A stretch of 64,000 bases of DNA from Candidatus Thorarchaeota archaeon (GCA_963726195.1 CAVSBO010000003.1:640001-704000), one strand, 5' to 3'. Counted from the stretch's first letter, positions 1-11,546 are shown. The notes: generated by a model not told the origin, from the letters alone. Numbers and translations are program-made.

Positions 1-1270
1 CAAGTCTAGTCTCTAAGAGTTTCTTCCCTCTTTCATGTCTGGACTCCAACAGAGGTTGGTCGTCAAGCTTGGCTCCTGATTGAATCCTTTCCATTATCTG
101 GTATCCGACGACCGATCCCATTCTCGGAGTTAGGACTTGCCCACCTATCAGTCGCCCGTCATCAGTTGTCACGAGTGCAGCCTTGAGACATTCTGCTGGA
201 TCATCCAGATACTGAACCCTTGTCTCGACGCCCACATCGGCGGCAGTCACGGACGAATGGCCGACACAGACTATGTCAACCCCAAAGAGTCTGTCGTACT
301 GGAGTCTCAAGAACACATCAGGATAGGTCTTCTCTCTCCCAGCGGCACACGCACCTGCCTGACGCCCAGCACGTGCTGCCGCGCTTCCGACAGGCATGAG
401 AATCGGCTTGCCAGTGAGCGTGTCTTTCATCTCCACGCAATCTCCGACAGCATAGACACCTGGCGATGAGCTTTCCATCTTCGAGTCGACCACGACACCG
501 CCGAGCGGACCAATTGCGAGGCCGAGGTCTCGCGCAAGGCCGACGTTGGGTACGACTCCGGTCATGAACATAACAGCATCTGCGCGGATTGTCTCGTCCT
601 CTGTCACCAACCCTGTGACTCGATCCTGGCCGATCACTGATTGTGGAGACTTGGACATGTGCCAATGAATATCATGCGGCATTCGGGCAACCAGCTCTGC
701 ACTCATTGATTCTTCCATCAGTCTACGCAGCACTCTTGATCTAACGACTACGTGCACTTCTTTCTTGAGACGGCGAAGTCTCTCTGCAGTCTCCAGCCCG
801 CTGAACCCCGCACCGACAATGACGACGGATTCTGCTGACTTCAGAGACTCAGAAATGCGCCGAGTGTCCGCTAGACTCTGGGTTGTGAAGACACCGGGCA
901 GGTTTACACCAGGTATCTCGGGAACAACGGGTTTCCCGCCCGTGGCCAAGACGAGACGATCAAAGGCGACTCTGCTCAGATGGCCTTTGAAATCGCTTAC
1001 GTCCAAGTACCCCGACTTGACATCGCCTCCAACCACCGAAACGCCCATGACCACTTCGATGTTCCTTTTCGAGAATGAGGCAGTGGACCAGTCAGGAATG
1101 AAGAGATCATCGGAATTAGGAGATTCTAGAGCGAGAGATATGCCGGGTCTTCTATGTGATTCGATTCGTTCTTCCGTGAGCACCGTGACCTGTGATTCGG
1201 GTGACAGCATCCTAGCAGCATAGGCCGCCGCTGTTCCCCCCGGTCCATAGCCCACGACTACTATACTCAT
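1..1270 (-). CDS. FAD-dependent pyridine nucleotide-disulfide oxidoreductase (NADH oxidase/CoA-disulfide reductase-like); 3' end runs off the window
   Basis: Hand translation from ATG at 1270: MSIVVVGYGPGGTAAA (FAD GxGxxG), LVLATGG, VVIVGAGFSGLE (NAD-binding), VYAVGDC. No stop before position 1, so it is absent from the ORF track. Confidence 0.85.
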   Translation of the reverse strand, partial: MSIVVVGYGPGGTAAAYAARMLSPESQVTVLTEERIESHRRPGISLALESPNSDDLFIPDWSTASFSKRNIEVVMGVSVVGGDVKSGYLDVSDFKGHLSRVAFDRLVLATGGKPVVPEIPGVNLPGVFTTQSLADTRRISESLKSAESVVIVGAGFSGLETAERLRRLKKEVHVVVRSRVLRRLMEESMSAELVARMPHDIHWHMSKSPQSVIGQDRVTGLVTEDETIRADAVMFMTGVVPNVGLARDLGLAIGPLGGVVVDSKMESSSPGVYAVGDCVEMKDTLTGKPILMPVGSAAARAGRQAGACAAGREKTYPDVFLRLQYDRLFGVDIVCVGHSSVTAADVGVETRVQYLDDPAECLKAALVTTDDGRLIGGQVLTPRMGSVVGYQIMERIQSGAKLDDQPLLESRHERGKKLLETRL

Positions 1271-4200
1271 CAGCCCTCTACTCCCTGCTTCTTTGAGAGG
1301 AAACGTGGCAGAATCTTGGCAGCCACAACCACGACACAAACCCCGACTACTACGATTACCACTATGGAATAGTCACTGAAGACAAGAACATGCGTGAAAA
1401 GCAGCTCAACCTTGCCAACGGATAGGCTGGTGGCGACTGCATACACTCCGTACTGCCCTCCTGGGAATCCCGATGCGACTACTTCAATCGAATACACTCC
1501 GTGGTTGCCCGATAAGGTGAAGTTCAGCCAAAGTCCCTGTTCCGAGCGGAAGGCAACTCGGACGCTGGATGCGAAGAGGTAACCTTCTAGGACAAGTTGA
1601 CCTGTAATCTTGCTAGTAATGAATGGCCCTACCCCGACAGAATCCTGGTCGAGCTTCATGCTAGTGAACGTCAATGTGGAAGAAACGCTCGAAGAGAGAA
1701 TAATCGGGGCCAAGGAGAGAGTCCAGCTTCCGTCGCTGACATTGAACATGAAACTTACAACATATGGTGAGGAGGTTTCATTGAGGCCAATGGTCACATT
1801 AAGCGAGGTGATACCCGGCACAAGAGCCGACTTGAGCGCGTTCAGATTCCCATCCACTGTAGCCCAACCTAGAACTATCGAGCTGATTCGCATCGTCCCT
1901 ATCGGAAACCTGTGCGTGAATCTTGTAAGATGTGTCGACTGCATTTGAAGAGACATCACTGACTAGCGGTCTCCACTGGTCCACGACGTTAGCATATGAG
2001 GTCATGTCCGCGTAGGCCAAACTCTGATTGTGGGTGCTGACTCGCATCCTGCCCGCGCAACGGAGGATCTGTCTGCTGAATCGTGACAAATGCTGTTCTC
2101 GTATCGTTCCAGAACTGTGCCGTTCGCGAAGAGACCAGATACTGCGTACCATTCCACTCGTAGACAGCTGCTAATGCTCCTGTCACATTCACGACTATGT
2201 CCGCACCGTTCGGTCCCGTACCAGAATTCATGTCTGTGTCCCATTGAACCATAAGTGTGTCTTGAGATGCAAACCTCGGCTCTCCTTTCAGTGCGACTGC
2301 CAGACTGATGCTCGCCGCCTGCTGATATAATGCAAGACTCAAGATGTCAAGGCCGCCGTAGAGGGTGAGATTCTGTGGACTTGTCGAAAGCTGTGCGATA
2401 CCTGCCCAATCAGATCTGTTAGACCCCGGTCCCAGCTTGATGCCCAACACTTCTCTGACAGACAGGACCGAATCACAGAGGCCGTAGCCCCAGTCGTTCA
2501 GTGGTGGTGAATTATGACTGGCGTAGCCACCAGCCCCTTCTAGCAGGGCCGTCAAGGCGGCCCAGCCTGTGTTTCCACCTGAAGCCTGTCCTATCAGAGC
2601 CAATAGTCCGGCGACATGCGGAGCCGCCATGCTGGTGCCGCTCTTCGTGGTCCACAAAAATGACAAGCTGTTGGAAGCGGCAATGATGGAGATTCCGGGA
2701 GCAGCAACATCAGGCTTGAGCACTCCGTCGATCCTCGGCCCTCGCCCCGAGGAAGAACTAATCGAGTGGCTGCCTTCATCATAGCAGCCCACGCAGACTC
2801 CATAATCAGCTGTTGCTGGTGAGCTTATTGTTCGTGTATTGTCCTGTTGACTAGTGAACCGCAGGCTTGAACCGAACCATGCGTTGTCCCACGAATAGGC
2901 ATCAACCAAGACAGCCTGCCCAGAGGGATTGACCACGTTAACCTGCCAGAGACCTGACGTCCAGTTATGCGCGCTCGTAGCAATCTGCACAATCAGTCTG
3001 TTGGTGCCGCGAATGCTTGTGTCAGCAAAAACGTAGGCGTTGAGCTGAGGCTTGCTCACCGAGAAACTCGATCCAGAAATACTAGCGAAGGGGCCGAAGT
3101 CGATTGCACTTCCCGTAGGTGGAACCAGCACGACGTGCTCATCTGAGTCATTACTATGCCAGAGCACATTGAGGAACGAATATAGAGGAGGTGAGGAGAC
3201 CGATAGAGTGGCACCGTTCGTGCCGCCAGAGCTGACTTGAAAGCTTGCGTGTTTGGAAGTCCCCCCAAGGTTACCAGCCGCTATCGTTGATACGGTATGA
3301 TTCTTCAGAAAAGCATCACTGATAGCGAGGTCCTCGAGGTCTGTGCCATCTAGGAACCCGAGAAAGCTGCTGAAACTCATGTTGATGATTTCGGCGCCAT
3401 TCGTAATTGCAAAGTAGATGCCCTCTAGAATGTCACTTGACTCGAGCGGGCTCTTGATGACTATTAAATCAGCACTAGGCGCCACGCCAACCATCGAAGT
3501 GAGCCCGATTTGTCCGCCTGCGATTATTGATGCGACGTGAGTGCCGTGGCCATCCGAGTCACCCACACCAAGTGCACCCGTGGTGAGGTTGACGCCACGT
3601 ACATAAACGCGGTTGTACTGCTGATCGAATAGCATAGATACTTTGGGCTCGCCCAAAACGACGACCTTCTCGTCTGGCAGAGTGATATAGCCGTCGCCAT
3701 TTGAATCGATACCGCCGAGCCACCTGTCGCCGGCGCTGTAATCAAAGAAATCATTCTGGTTGACATCGATGTACATGTATTCATCAGCGATACTCACATG
3801 ACTCACATTTGTGCCTATGCTCGCGATGGGTCCCTCTCCTGAATCCATGTTGGAGTCGTTGTCGATATCAACGTAGTACTTGCCGGCTGAACTTCGAACA
3901 GTGAATGGCCCGCTGGATTGTCTCCAAAATGATGGGTGCAGCCAATTGACACCTGTGTCAATCAATGCGACTGTCATGCTTTTCCCGGTGATGGCGTTCC
4001 CATCCTTGCTCATGTTGTTCCAGACAGTAGGTGCGCCAATTGCCGCCACGGACGATTGGAGCGACGGGAAGAACTGCCTGTTGCCGGATGTGGCACTTCT
4101 GAGTCCGATACCAGCCAGAGAATTCAGCGACGCAAGACTAGGCACCAGCGCTGAGTACACATTCCCGACGTGAACTACTGAGCCGAACAACTTCGTAAAC

Positions 4201-4454
4201 TGAACACCGATTTCTTGTGCACTCTCAATATCGGAAGAAGACAACACCTTGTCGAACTGCAGGAGCGCCCTACAGGCAGCTGCGCTTGAACTCAACCCGA
4301 ACGAGGACTTGGACTCAAGGTCCATCTTTAGCATGGAGTCGACGGCGATTTGGGACCCTTGAGGACTACTCACTTGCTCTTTCTGCATGGCCAAGGGGGT
4401 TGGAATCAACAAGGAAACCAAGAGGACCATGACAACCAAGTATCGGGTGTACAT
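1270..4454 (-). CDS. S8 subtilisin-like serine peptidase, secreted and C-terminally membrane anchored (split by two apparent frameshifts near 2055 and 1890)
   Basis: ORF 1989-4454 has a signal peptide and the triad IDTGV / DGHGTHVA / GTSMAAPHVAG. Reading continues through frames 1799-2152 and 1270-1959, which ends in a TM helix plus basic tail. Confidence 0.85.
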
Positions 4455-4677
4455 CGTCTTACCTCGGGGATGGTCATTGTGTGCGTCGAACCTTGTTTAT
4501 TCTTTTGCCTTTGGTGAGCACCGACACTAGTAGTCGCATTTACCGGTAGCTGCCACAGACTGCTTCAGAATCCTCAACCATCACTCCTTTGCGTCTAACT
4601 GCACATCTCTGAAGACGACCTCTGGCCCGATAGTGCCAAGGAACAGCTCAACACGAAAACCGAAGGACTTCAAGAGA

Positions 4678-6390
4678 CTACGCGCTAGGTACTGACTGCA
4701 TCCAAGTCATGCACTCAGGATCCTCTGGGAACGCATCCTCTTCGCGTACCAGTCCCCGGGGAGAGCGAATGCCCGTTATGGGATATAGTGCTAATCCATG
4801 ATTCAGAGCGGCCTCAGCTGCTCTCCGTCCCCAGCTTCCTGGTGCAGATACGACAGCGCAGGCAATTTGCTCGCTTGCCAGTATTGTTGCTTCAAGACAG
4901 CTATCACGAGCTGACGTCACGCAGAGCGTCTGACTCGCCGAGCAGTACCAAATCCGGCCTTATGCCCAAATGGTTGAAATCTGGTAGGAGTAGCACATTC
5001 CCAGACTGCACCAATGACACCATCCGATGCATCGAACCTGTGAGACTATTCGCCAACACCTTTAGTTTGCCTTCCATCAGTCGTTCAAGAACGGCTTCCT
5101 CCCCAGAGTCGAGAACTTGCTTGCTTGAACTCAAGTCTAGACTCGTAGGTGACAGGCGTCTCTGACTTGATGCCTATGGATTCCAGCGCCCAATGCAAGA
5201 GATCTCGACCCTGCGATAGCACGCCACCTGGCTTGGGCACTATGTCTTCGATGTTCAAGGAGTATTCTAGTGAAGTTAGAGGCGACGAGGTATCCTCAGT
5301 GACTGCGAGATACTTGGGTTTGAGTCCATTAAGGTAGCTGACAGTTAACCATGAGCTATCAGAATCAATAGGTCCTTCCCCGAGAACTAGAGAAAGCACC
5401 TTCCCTGTCGGGAGAGTGTTGCAGACTGCGCGAGGAGCTGAGGTGAGCTGATTCAAGCAGATGTCTCCTTTCGTGTAGCTTTCTCGGATTGGTTAGACTC
5501 TCGCAGAACCCTCGTATTGAGTGATAGTCGTCGGTTCCAAGTGGCACTTCGTAACCATCATGGATCACTCTTAGAGCAGCAGTGCATCTGTCAATCGGAA
5601 GGTCGATTGGAAAGCTCTCGAGCAGAGACAGGACTCGCTGAAAGCCTCTATCTCCATAGCACTCCGAGTGTTTGACGAAATGGTTGACAATCGGGCGAAT
5701 GTTTGCGTCTGGGGTGTTTTTTCTCCACGTATCAAGCCATTGCTCTTTCAAAGGGCTCTTCAGAAGTGAATGGGCGATCCCATTCGCTGCACATTGACCA
5801 AGCACCTGACCCGCGCGGTCTGTGCTCAGAAGCAGAAGGAAGCCTGCACGTAATACTGCACCTTCGGCCCAACTCGCGCTCGCCACAGACTCCTCGAAAA
5901 GAAGAGTACCGTCCTTCTCAATTTGCATTCCAAAAATCGGAGTACCTTGTCCGAGTTTCTCTTTGGTCACAAATATGTTGGGAAACTTGGGTTCGGGCCG
6001 TCCAAGTGCTCTTGCAATCTTTCGCATGGCTCGTGACAGTGCAGACCTGAATTCCTCCGTGGCCTCCATTCTGAGTTCCTCAACGGTGGGTTCTCTAGGT
6101 TTCTCGAACTTTGCTAGAAGTCGGGCCGCATTTCTGATCATGTCATATGTGGAGTTTTCGACGTTCTCAGCTCCTAGCATGACGCCAGCAACACTGAAGA
6201 AGTACAGCCTGACACGGTCCTGATTAACAACTGCGACCAAGAACATTATTCCACGAAGCTGTTTGAAGTACTTCCTTAGAGCTGATTCCTTTACACGGAG
6301 CACGTCGACTGACAAAGCACCAGCTTCTAGGAACTGCCTCTCTCCAAAGGCGGCGATTTCCTTTGGTACCTCTCTGGGAATTCGGGACAT
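4678..6390 (-). CDS. hypothetical protein, probably one gene broken into several frames
   Basis: Overlapping minus-strand ORFs 5365-6390, 5085-5456, 4904-5134 and 4678-4920 with protein-like composition; no family recognised. Confidence 0.5.
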
Positions 6391-6540
6391 TCAGGTATCC
6401 TCTCAAGTAATCGAGACTCATTTGCACTGCGGTCGTATGCTTAATCTAACGTTGTCCAGCGCAGCCGCCTTAATTCATTTTGGTCAGTCAGCGTCATGAG
6501 TCACGTTTTGCCAGTGACGGCCAACAGGAAAACGAGGAGG

Positions 6541-6566
6541 GCGGCCCGAATGATTACTCAGGCCGC
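6541..6566 (-). terminator. stem-loop downstream of the 6589-7074 gene
   Basis: Minus strand GCGGCCTGAGT-AATC-ATTCGGGCCGC forms an 11-bp stem with G-U pairs, followed by a pyrimidine-rich tract. Confidence 0.4.
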
Positions 6567-6588
6567 AAGGCAGAACATCAAAGCATGA

Positions 6589-7074
6589 TCATACATTGGT
6601 AGCAGCTGCTACCTGTGCCATCTCGGTCTCGTACATGGGCAGTAGAATATCACGAGTCGGTGGTGTGTTCATGACGATGTCCAAGACTTCTGAGTTCCTC
6701 ATGAGAATACAGCCTAGGAATGAGTAGTCAAACTTGTCAAGACGGATGTTGACACCTCTCCGGGGGACTTGGGTCAGCAGAAGAACAATGCTGAAGTCAC
6801 CCCTAGGTAGTTGATTCAAAATGCCTCGTTTCATGTCGGGCTCTAGTTGTCCCTCAAGCTGACGGGTCATCGAGCCACGCTCTATGAAATTGTAGCGGAT
6901 TCTCTCAAAATCGCCGCTGGAGCTCTTCTTTGGTCTGATGAATGAGATTGAATATCCCAGTCGCTTCAATGAATTATAGCCAATTAGTGTTCTGTACAAA
7001 GGCGGACTTACCGGTTCAAGTTCCACCTTCCTGAGTTCAACGACGTCTTCGTTTCTCTTGACTTTGAGGTTCAA
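6589..7074 (-). CDS. hypothetical protein
   Basis: 161-aa ORF filling the gap; no family recognised. Confidence 0.6.
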   Translation of the reverse strand: MNLKVKRNEDVVELRKVELEPVSPPLYRTLIGYNSLKRLGYSISFIRPKKSSSGDFERIRYNFIERGSMTRQLEGQLEPDMKRGILNQLPRGDFSIVLLLTQVPRRGVNIRLDKFDYSFLGCILMRNSEVLDIVMNTPPTRDILLPMYETEMAQVAAATNV

Positions 7075-7195
7075 TGAATCACGTTCCCTTGCGGTCTTGG
7101 TCCCTTTGCCAAACCATGTCTGGCCGCAAATAAAACGTTATGAGTAAACAATCCGCCATATGTAATACTAGCTAAACACTCCGCGAAAGAGAATG

Positions 7196-7699
7196 CTACT
7201 TGATTGCTCCTTCGAGTCTCAGCAGTTCGATTTTTCTTTTGACGTCTCTGCCATACCCACCAATGCCAGTGCTGGATACGACACGATGGCATGGGACGAG
7301 CGGACAGAAGCGGTTCGCAGCCATCACATTTCCCACGAATCGTGCTGCGCCTGGCAACCCAGCACGCACTGCAGACTCACCATAGCTCAGGGTCTCGCCC
7401 CGAGGAATCTGGAGAGCGGCCTCCAAGACATTGCGCTCCTTATGGGTGAGACCTGACATGTCGAGCTTTATGTCACTCGCATCTAAGTCGGGCGCACCTC
7501 TCGAAGCTGCGAAGACCTTCTCCAGAACTGCGAGATAATCCACCGAGTCCTCTCTTCTGAGGCCGGCTCCCCCTGCTGAGAGTATGGCCTCAGCCTCAGA
7601 ACCTCTGGAATCGCATGTTGAAAACAGACCTTCATTAGTGAACACGCCTGCCACGTGGTCTTTGCCCTTCGTAAGTACAGCCACGACCCTTTCGGGCAT
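7196..7699 (-). CDS. ogt: methylated-DNA--protein-cysteine methyltransferase
   Basis: IPRGETLSYGE, AARFVGNVMAAN and the active-site motif PCHRVV. Confidence 0.93.
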   Translation of the reverse strand: MPERVVAVLTKGKDHVAGVFTNEGLFSTCDSRGSEAEAILSAGGAGLRREDSVDYLAVLEKVFAASRGAPDLDASDIKLDMSGLTHKERNVLEAALQIPRGETLSYGESAVRAGLPGAARFVGNVMAANRFCPLVPCHRVVSSTGIGGYGRDVKRKIELLRLEGAIK

Positions 7700-7721
7700 G
7701 ATGAATCATCCACCGTGCTTC

Positions 7722-8609
7722 TCAAACCTGGCTGCACTTCATCACAGCAAAGACAAGCAGAGATGTAAGCTCAGGGTCGCTCTTCTTCATGCCCATCTGA
7801 CACCATCCACCGTCAGTGCTCTGCGCCGAAAGGATGAGTTCTATGCCCTTTCTTATGATGTTCCGCTCCAGCTCAGACTCCGGAATAGGAACACCAGCAA
7901 GGTCGACCATGTCTTGGGTAAGCTTCTGCTCCAGTGATGACTTGAGATGCTGCATTAGGGCCGCTCTGCCATCCTTGTAGATCTTATTCTGCGAAGTGAT
8001 GCCAATTGCTGCTAATGCTGGCAGGATGTTGCCAGTCCCTAGGGGATCCGATTCGTTATGGCCCTTGAAATCCGGCCAGTGTCCATCCTCGTTTTGCAGC
8101 CCCATCAAGTAGTCCCGTGCTTTCTTCAGACGGGACTGATCCTCAAATCCAACATTGCACAGGGCCTCAAGCGCCTTGCCCGTGAGCCACGTGATGCTCT
8201 TCCCTACGGGGTACCAGTCTCTCCCGCCGGTCCCGCCAAACTTCGTCTCAATGAGAGGGTCGAGATTCAGTGCTTCAGCAAAACCGCCATCCCTCTTCTG
8301 CCGGGACACGAGAAAGTGTGACATCTTCTCAACTAGGCTTGCGTGGGTGCTTACGAATGGCTTCAACAGCATCAAGACCTCAGCGGTTTCTTTCACTGAG
8401 CTAGGGTTTCCCTGTCTCAAGTTGAAGGGCAAGCCACCATCTCTGTTGAGGAGATTTGCTAACTGAGAGAGCACCTTTTCCAGCTCAGGTCTCGGCATGC
8501 TATAACCCGATGACGCAAGTCTCAGCTTGTCTGCAACGTTTCCATTCGCCATCAAGTAGCTCTGCGTGTCGTACGGGAATTCGATTGTTTGTCTGCCTTG
8601 CTTGGACAC
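7722..8609 (-). CDS. prenyltransferase/squalene oxidase repeat protein
   Basis: Repeated QxxDGG/HW motifs (NRDGGL, QKRDGGF, QNEDGHW, QSTDGGW). Confidence 0.75.
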   Translation of the reverse strand: MSKQGRQTIEFPYDTQSYLMANGNVADKLRLASSGYSMPRPELEKVLSQLANLLNRDGGLPFNLRQGNPSSVKETAEVLMLLKPFVSTHASLVEKMSHFLVSRQKRDGGFAEALNLDPLIETKFGGTGGRDWYPVGKSITWLTGKALEALCNVGFEDQSRLKKARDYLMGLQNEDGHWPDFKGHNESDPLGTGNILPALAAIGITSQNKIYKDGRAALMQHLKSSLEQKLTQDMVDLAGVPIPESELERNIIRKGIELILSAQSTDGGWCQMGMKKSDPELTSLLVFAVMKCSQV

Positions 8610-8731
8610 CTCTATTCCTCCGTGTCATCCGTGGTCAGAACTAGGGCTGCTGTTCCAGAACAAGATAGGAACCTCTTCTGCCCTTTCGCACTATGAGGTA
8701 TAGGCGAGGGCAAATTAAAACCTGTTGGACC

Positions 8732-9013
8732 CTACCCTTCTGGTTCCCCTTCATCCTCGTAGAACTCGAGAACCTCTTTGTTGCGTTCTCGCCTCTCGTC
8801 ATCGGTGAGTTCTTCTTCTCCGCTCTGCGCTTCCTTGTCCACGACAACTATCTTCTCGCCAGGAGTGTGACTTACTCTGTAGTCGACGTGATACTCGGTA
8901 GGCGCTCGCTTGACGACTTTCTCCCAGCCGCATTCCCGGCACTTGAGCACAGTCTTCTTTTTCTCACCTTTCTTTGGGAGCATGAGAGCTCCGCACTTCT
9001 CACAGAACTCCAA
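8732..9013 (-). CDS. RpoM/TFS (Rpb9/A12/C11)-like protein with only the N-terminal zinc ribbon
   Basis: MEFCEKCGALMLP...LKCRECG is typical of the TFS N-terminal ribbon. There is an acidic tail and no second ribbon. Confidence 0.7.
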   Translation of the reverse strand: MEFCEKCGALMLPKKGEKKKTVLKCRECGWEKVVKRAPTEYHVDYRVSHTPGEKIVVVDKEAQSGEEELTDDERRERNKEVLEFYEDEGEPEG

Positions 9014-9199
9014 TGATCTCGTTCTCCCCGGCTATATTGGTCCCCCCGCACGCGCAACCTGCTGATTTAACGTTTACGGCCAGTACCCGGAAAGAAGAAC
9101 CATAGGACAACGGAGAGGTTCAATCTACCGCCCTTGTCGACACAGGAGGGGTTGGCAAGACCCTTCCATATCGAAAACAGTACGCAACTAGCCGTAGAA

Positions 9200-9484
9200 T
9201 GGGCAAAGTTGAGGGAAAAGGGAAGGACATGATTCTTCTAAGTGCACACAGATTCGGCAATCTTGAGCCAGAGAACCGCATGGTAATGGCCCATTGAGCA
9301 GAAGTTTTCCAACTGCTGTGCTTAGAGAGCATCTGCAGGTCTGATTATCACTGAAGATTCACGTGTGAGCTTCCAAGGCGCCGGCTACAATCGAACTCCG
9401 GGAATCTACTCCTCTCATCAGGCTCAAGGCTGGAGAAAGGTGACCGGTGCAATTCACAACTCCGGCGGTGGAGTCTTCCGGCAA
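9200..9484 (+). pseudogene. degenerate 5' fragment of an Old Yellow Enzyme (nemA-like) gene
   Basis: Aligns by eye to 10457-10770: RFGNLEPENRMVMA then a stop, followed by ASAGLIITEDS and GAGYNRTPGIYSSHQAQGWRKVTGAIH. The upstream ttgaggxaaaagg is shared too. Confidence 0.8.
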
Positions 9485-9564
9485 ACCCAAACATGTATTC
9501 ACGATTTCTCAGACATTCACAGGTTTCTCTTACTCACTCTACACTCAAACACTCAGAGAGGCGC

Positions 9565-9996
9565 TCACAAAATGGGAAGTAACAAAACGATTTCGCGTTG
9601 ACTCTTGTAGAATTCGACCTCTGGCCGCGAACGATCCACTCTACATTCTTTTGCCATCGCTTCAAAAGTCTCAGCTATGACTTCCACCCTAGTTCGGTAG
9701 TATGCAACTTTTTCGCGGACGTATTTCCCTCCTGGAATCGTCCACGTTGGAAGTTCGAAAGTTTCGGCTTCTTCTTCATCAATAGTAGCCACACAGGCAC
9801 GATAAACGTTATCGCTATAGACGCCATAGAATCTACGCCCTTTAAGACTTGGAAGCTTCGACTCGAGCTCGGACCATGCTTCGCCAACTCCAGAAAGGCC
9901 TCCTTCCGCCTTGACCCACATCACTCGAATGGGATCTATTGTCACTTCCATTCTTGTCATTGCAGCACACTTCACGACGACTATGATCAGTGGCAA
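9565..9996 (-). CDS. GyrI-like small-molecule-binding domain protein
   Basis: AWSELESKLPSLKGRRFYGVY, YRACV, WTIPGGKY, DRSRPEVEFY; the start is probably nearer 9951-9960. Confidence 0.75.
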   Translation of the reverse strand: MPLIIVVVKCAAMTRMEVTIDPIRVMWVKAEGGLSGVGEAWSELESKLPSLKGRRFYGVYSDNVYRACVATIDEEEAETFELPTWTIPGGKYVREKVAYYRTRVEVIAETFEAMAKECRVDRSRPEVEFYKSQREIVLLLPIL

Positions 9997-10095
9997 AGAT
10001 AATGGTTTCCAGAGCTATCGGTGATATTTCCCACCAAATAGCAGGTTTATCTGCTCAGAAGCGAAACACCGGACTTCAGAGTAAGGCGTTCACAA

Positions 10096-10391
10096 TGATT
10101 GACTACGGGAAAGTGATGAGATTCCTTAAGGCCCTCGCTAACCAATCACGACTCGAAATCCTAGAGTGCATACCGAATGGAGTCGCAAACCCTGGCGAAA
10201 TCGCCAAGAAACTTGATCGCCACAGGTCGACCATCGAGAAGCATTTGGGAGTGCTTCTGAAAGCAGGAATTGTCGAAAAAGCTCCTTCACTAACAAAGGG
10301 GGGTCAGCTTTCTATTCGCTACAAAGTATGCGATAATGCAACAGAGCTTTTGAAAACGATTCTAGACTCAACTGAGAGAATCTGTACATAA
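10096..10391 (+). CDS. ArsR/SmtB-family winged-helix transcriptional regulator
   Basis: FLKALANQSRLEIL...EIAKKLDRHRSTIEKHLGVLLKAGIV; likely start ATG 10096 within ORF 9990-10391. Confidence 0.85.
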
Positions 10392-10472
10392 TTGAATGGA
10401 GTTCACAAGAACGCATACATCGAAAGCACTAAGTAACTCGCCATGAGAGGGGCTAGATTGAGGTAAAAGGAA

Positions 10473-11546
10473 ATGGACGTGGCTGTTCTAACCCCTTATA
10501 GGTTCGGTTACCTTGAGCTGCGGAATCGCATGGTGATGGCTCCCATGACCCGTAGTCGTGCGGTCGAGGGCAACATCCCGCACCCGGCGGCACCCACGTA
10601 CTATAGCCAAAGGGCTTCTGCAGGCCTCATCATTACAGAAGGTTCACAGGTGAGCCCTCAGGGAGTGGGCTATATTCGTACTCCGGGAATCTACTCGCCC
10701 CAGCAGGTTGCAGGCTGGAAAAAAGTGACCGACGCTGTTCACAAAGCAAGCGGGAGAATCTTTCTTCAGCTGTGGCATGTAGGAAGAGCCTCCCATCCCG
10801 ATTTTCACAATGGCGAATTACCTGTTGCACCCTCTGCACTTCCCGTTGAGGGCGAGGTCTTCACCTCACAAGGCAGAAAGAAAATCTCCATTCCAAGGGC
10901 GTTAGAACTGAGCGAAATACCAGGCGTTATCGAGCAATTCCGAAAGGGAGCCGAGAACGCAAAGAAGGCGGGCTTCGACGGTGTGGAACTCCACGGTGCC
11001 AACGGATATCTGCTGGATCAATTCCTCAAAGATGGCTCCAACCAGCGAACCGACAAGTATGGTGGCAGCGTAGAGAATCGCGCACGCTTCCCGCTTGAAG
11101 TCACAGAGGCTGTGATTGGAGTGTGGGGTCCCGAGAGAGTGGGATGCAAGATAGCTCCTCATTTCAGCGCACTTTCGATGTCAGATACGAATCCGCGAAA
11201 CACGTTCTCTTACTTTGCGAAGGAGCTGAGTAAGATTAAGCTCGGTTATCTTCACTTAGTGGAATTTGCCGCTGGCCCGTTTGCCCCGGCACTTGATGCG
11301 CGGCTTGCTCCAGTCATTCGTCAGGCATTCAAGGGGACTCTCATCTTGAACGGAGCATATGGCGCAGAAAGTGCAAACGAAGCAATCGAGAAAGGCTGCG
11401 CGAACCTGATTTCGTTCGGATCTCTGTTCTTGGCCAATCCTGATTTGCCCGAACGATTCAGAAGGGGTGCTCCGCTGAATACGCCGAATCGTGCGACCTT
11501 CTACGAAGGCGAAGAGAAAGGATACATCGATTATCCGTCACTGTAA
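10473..11546 (+). CDS. nemA: alkene reductase / N-ethylmaleimide reductase (Old Yellow Enzyme)
   Basis: NRMVMAPMTRSRA, QLWHVGR, ELHGANGYLLDQF, NQRTDKYGGS, GYIDYP. Confidence 0.93.
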   Translation: MDVAVLTPYRFGYLELRNRMVMAPMTRSRAVEGNIPHPAAPTYYSQRASAGLIITEGSQVSPQGVGYIRTPGIYSPQQVAGWKKVTDAVHKASGRIFLQLWHVGRASHPDFHNGELPVAPSALPVEGEVFTSQGRKKISIPRALELSEIPGVIEQFRKGAENAKKAGFDGVELHGANGYLLDQFLKDGSNQRTDKYGGSVENRARFPLEVTEAVIGVWGPERVGCKIAPHFSALSMSDTNPRNTFSYFAKELSKIKLGYLHLVEFAAGPFAPALDARLAPVIRQAFKGTLILNGAYGAESANEAIEKGCANLISFGSLFLANPDLPERFRRGAPLNTPNRATFYEGEEKGYIDYPSL

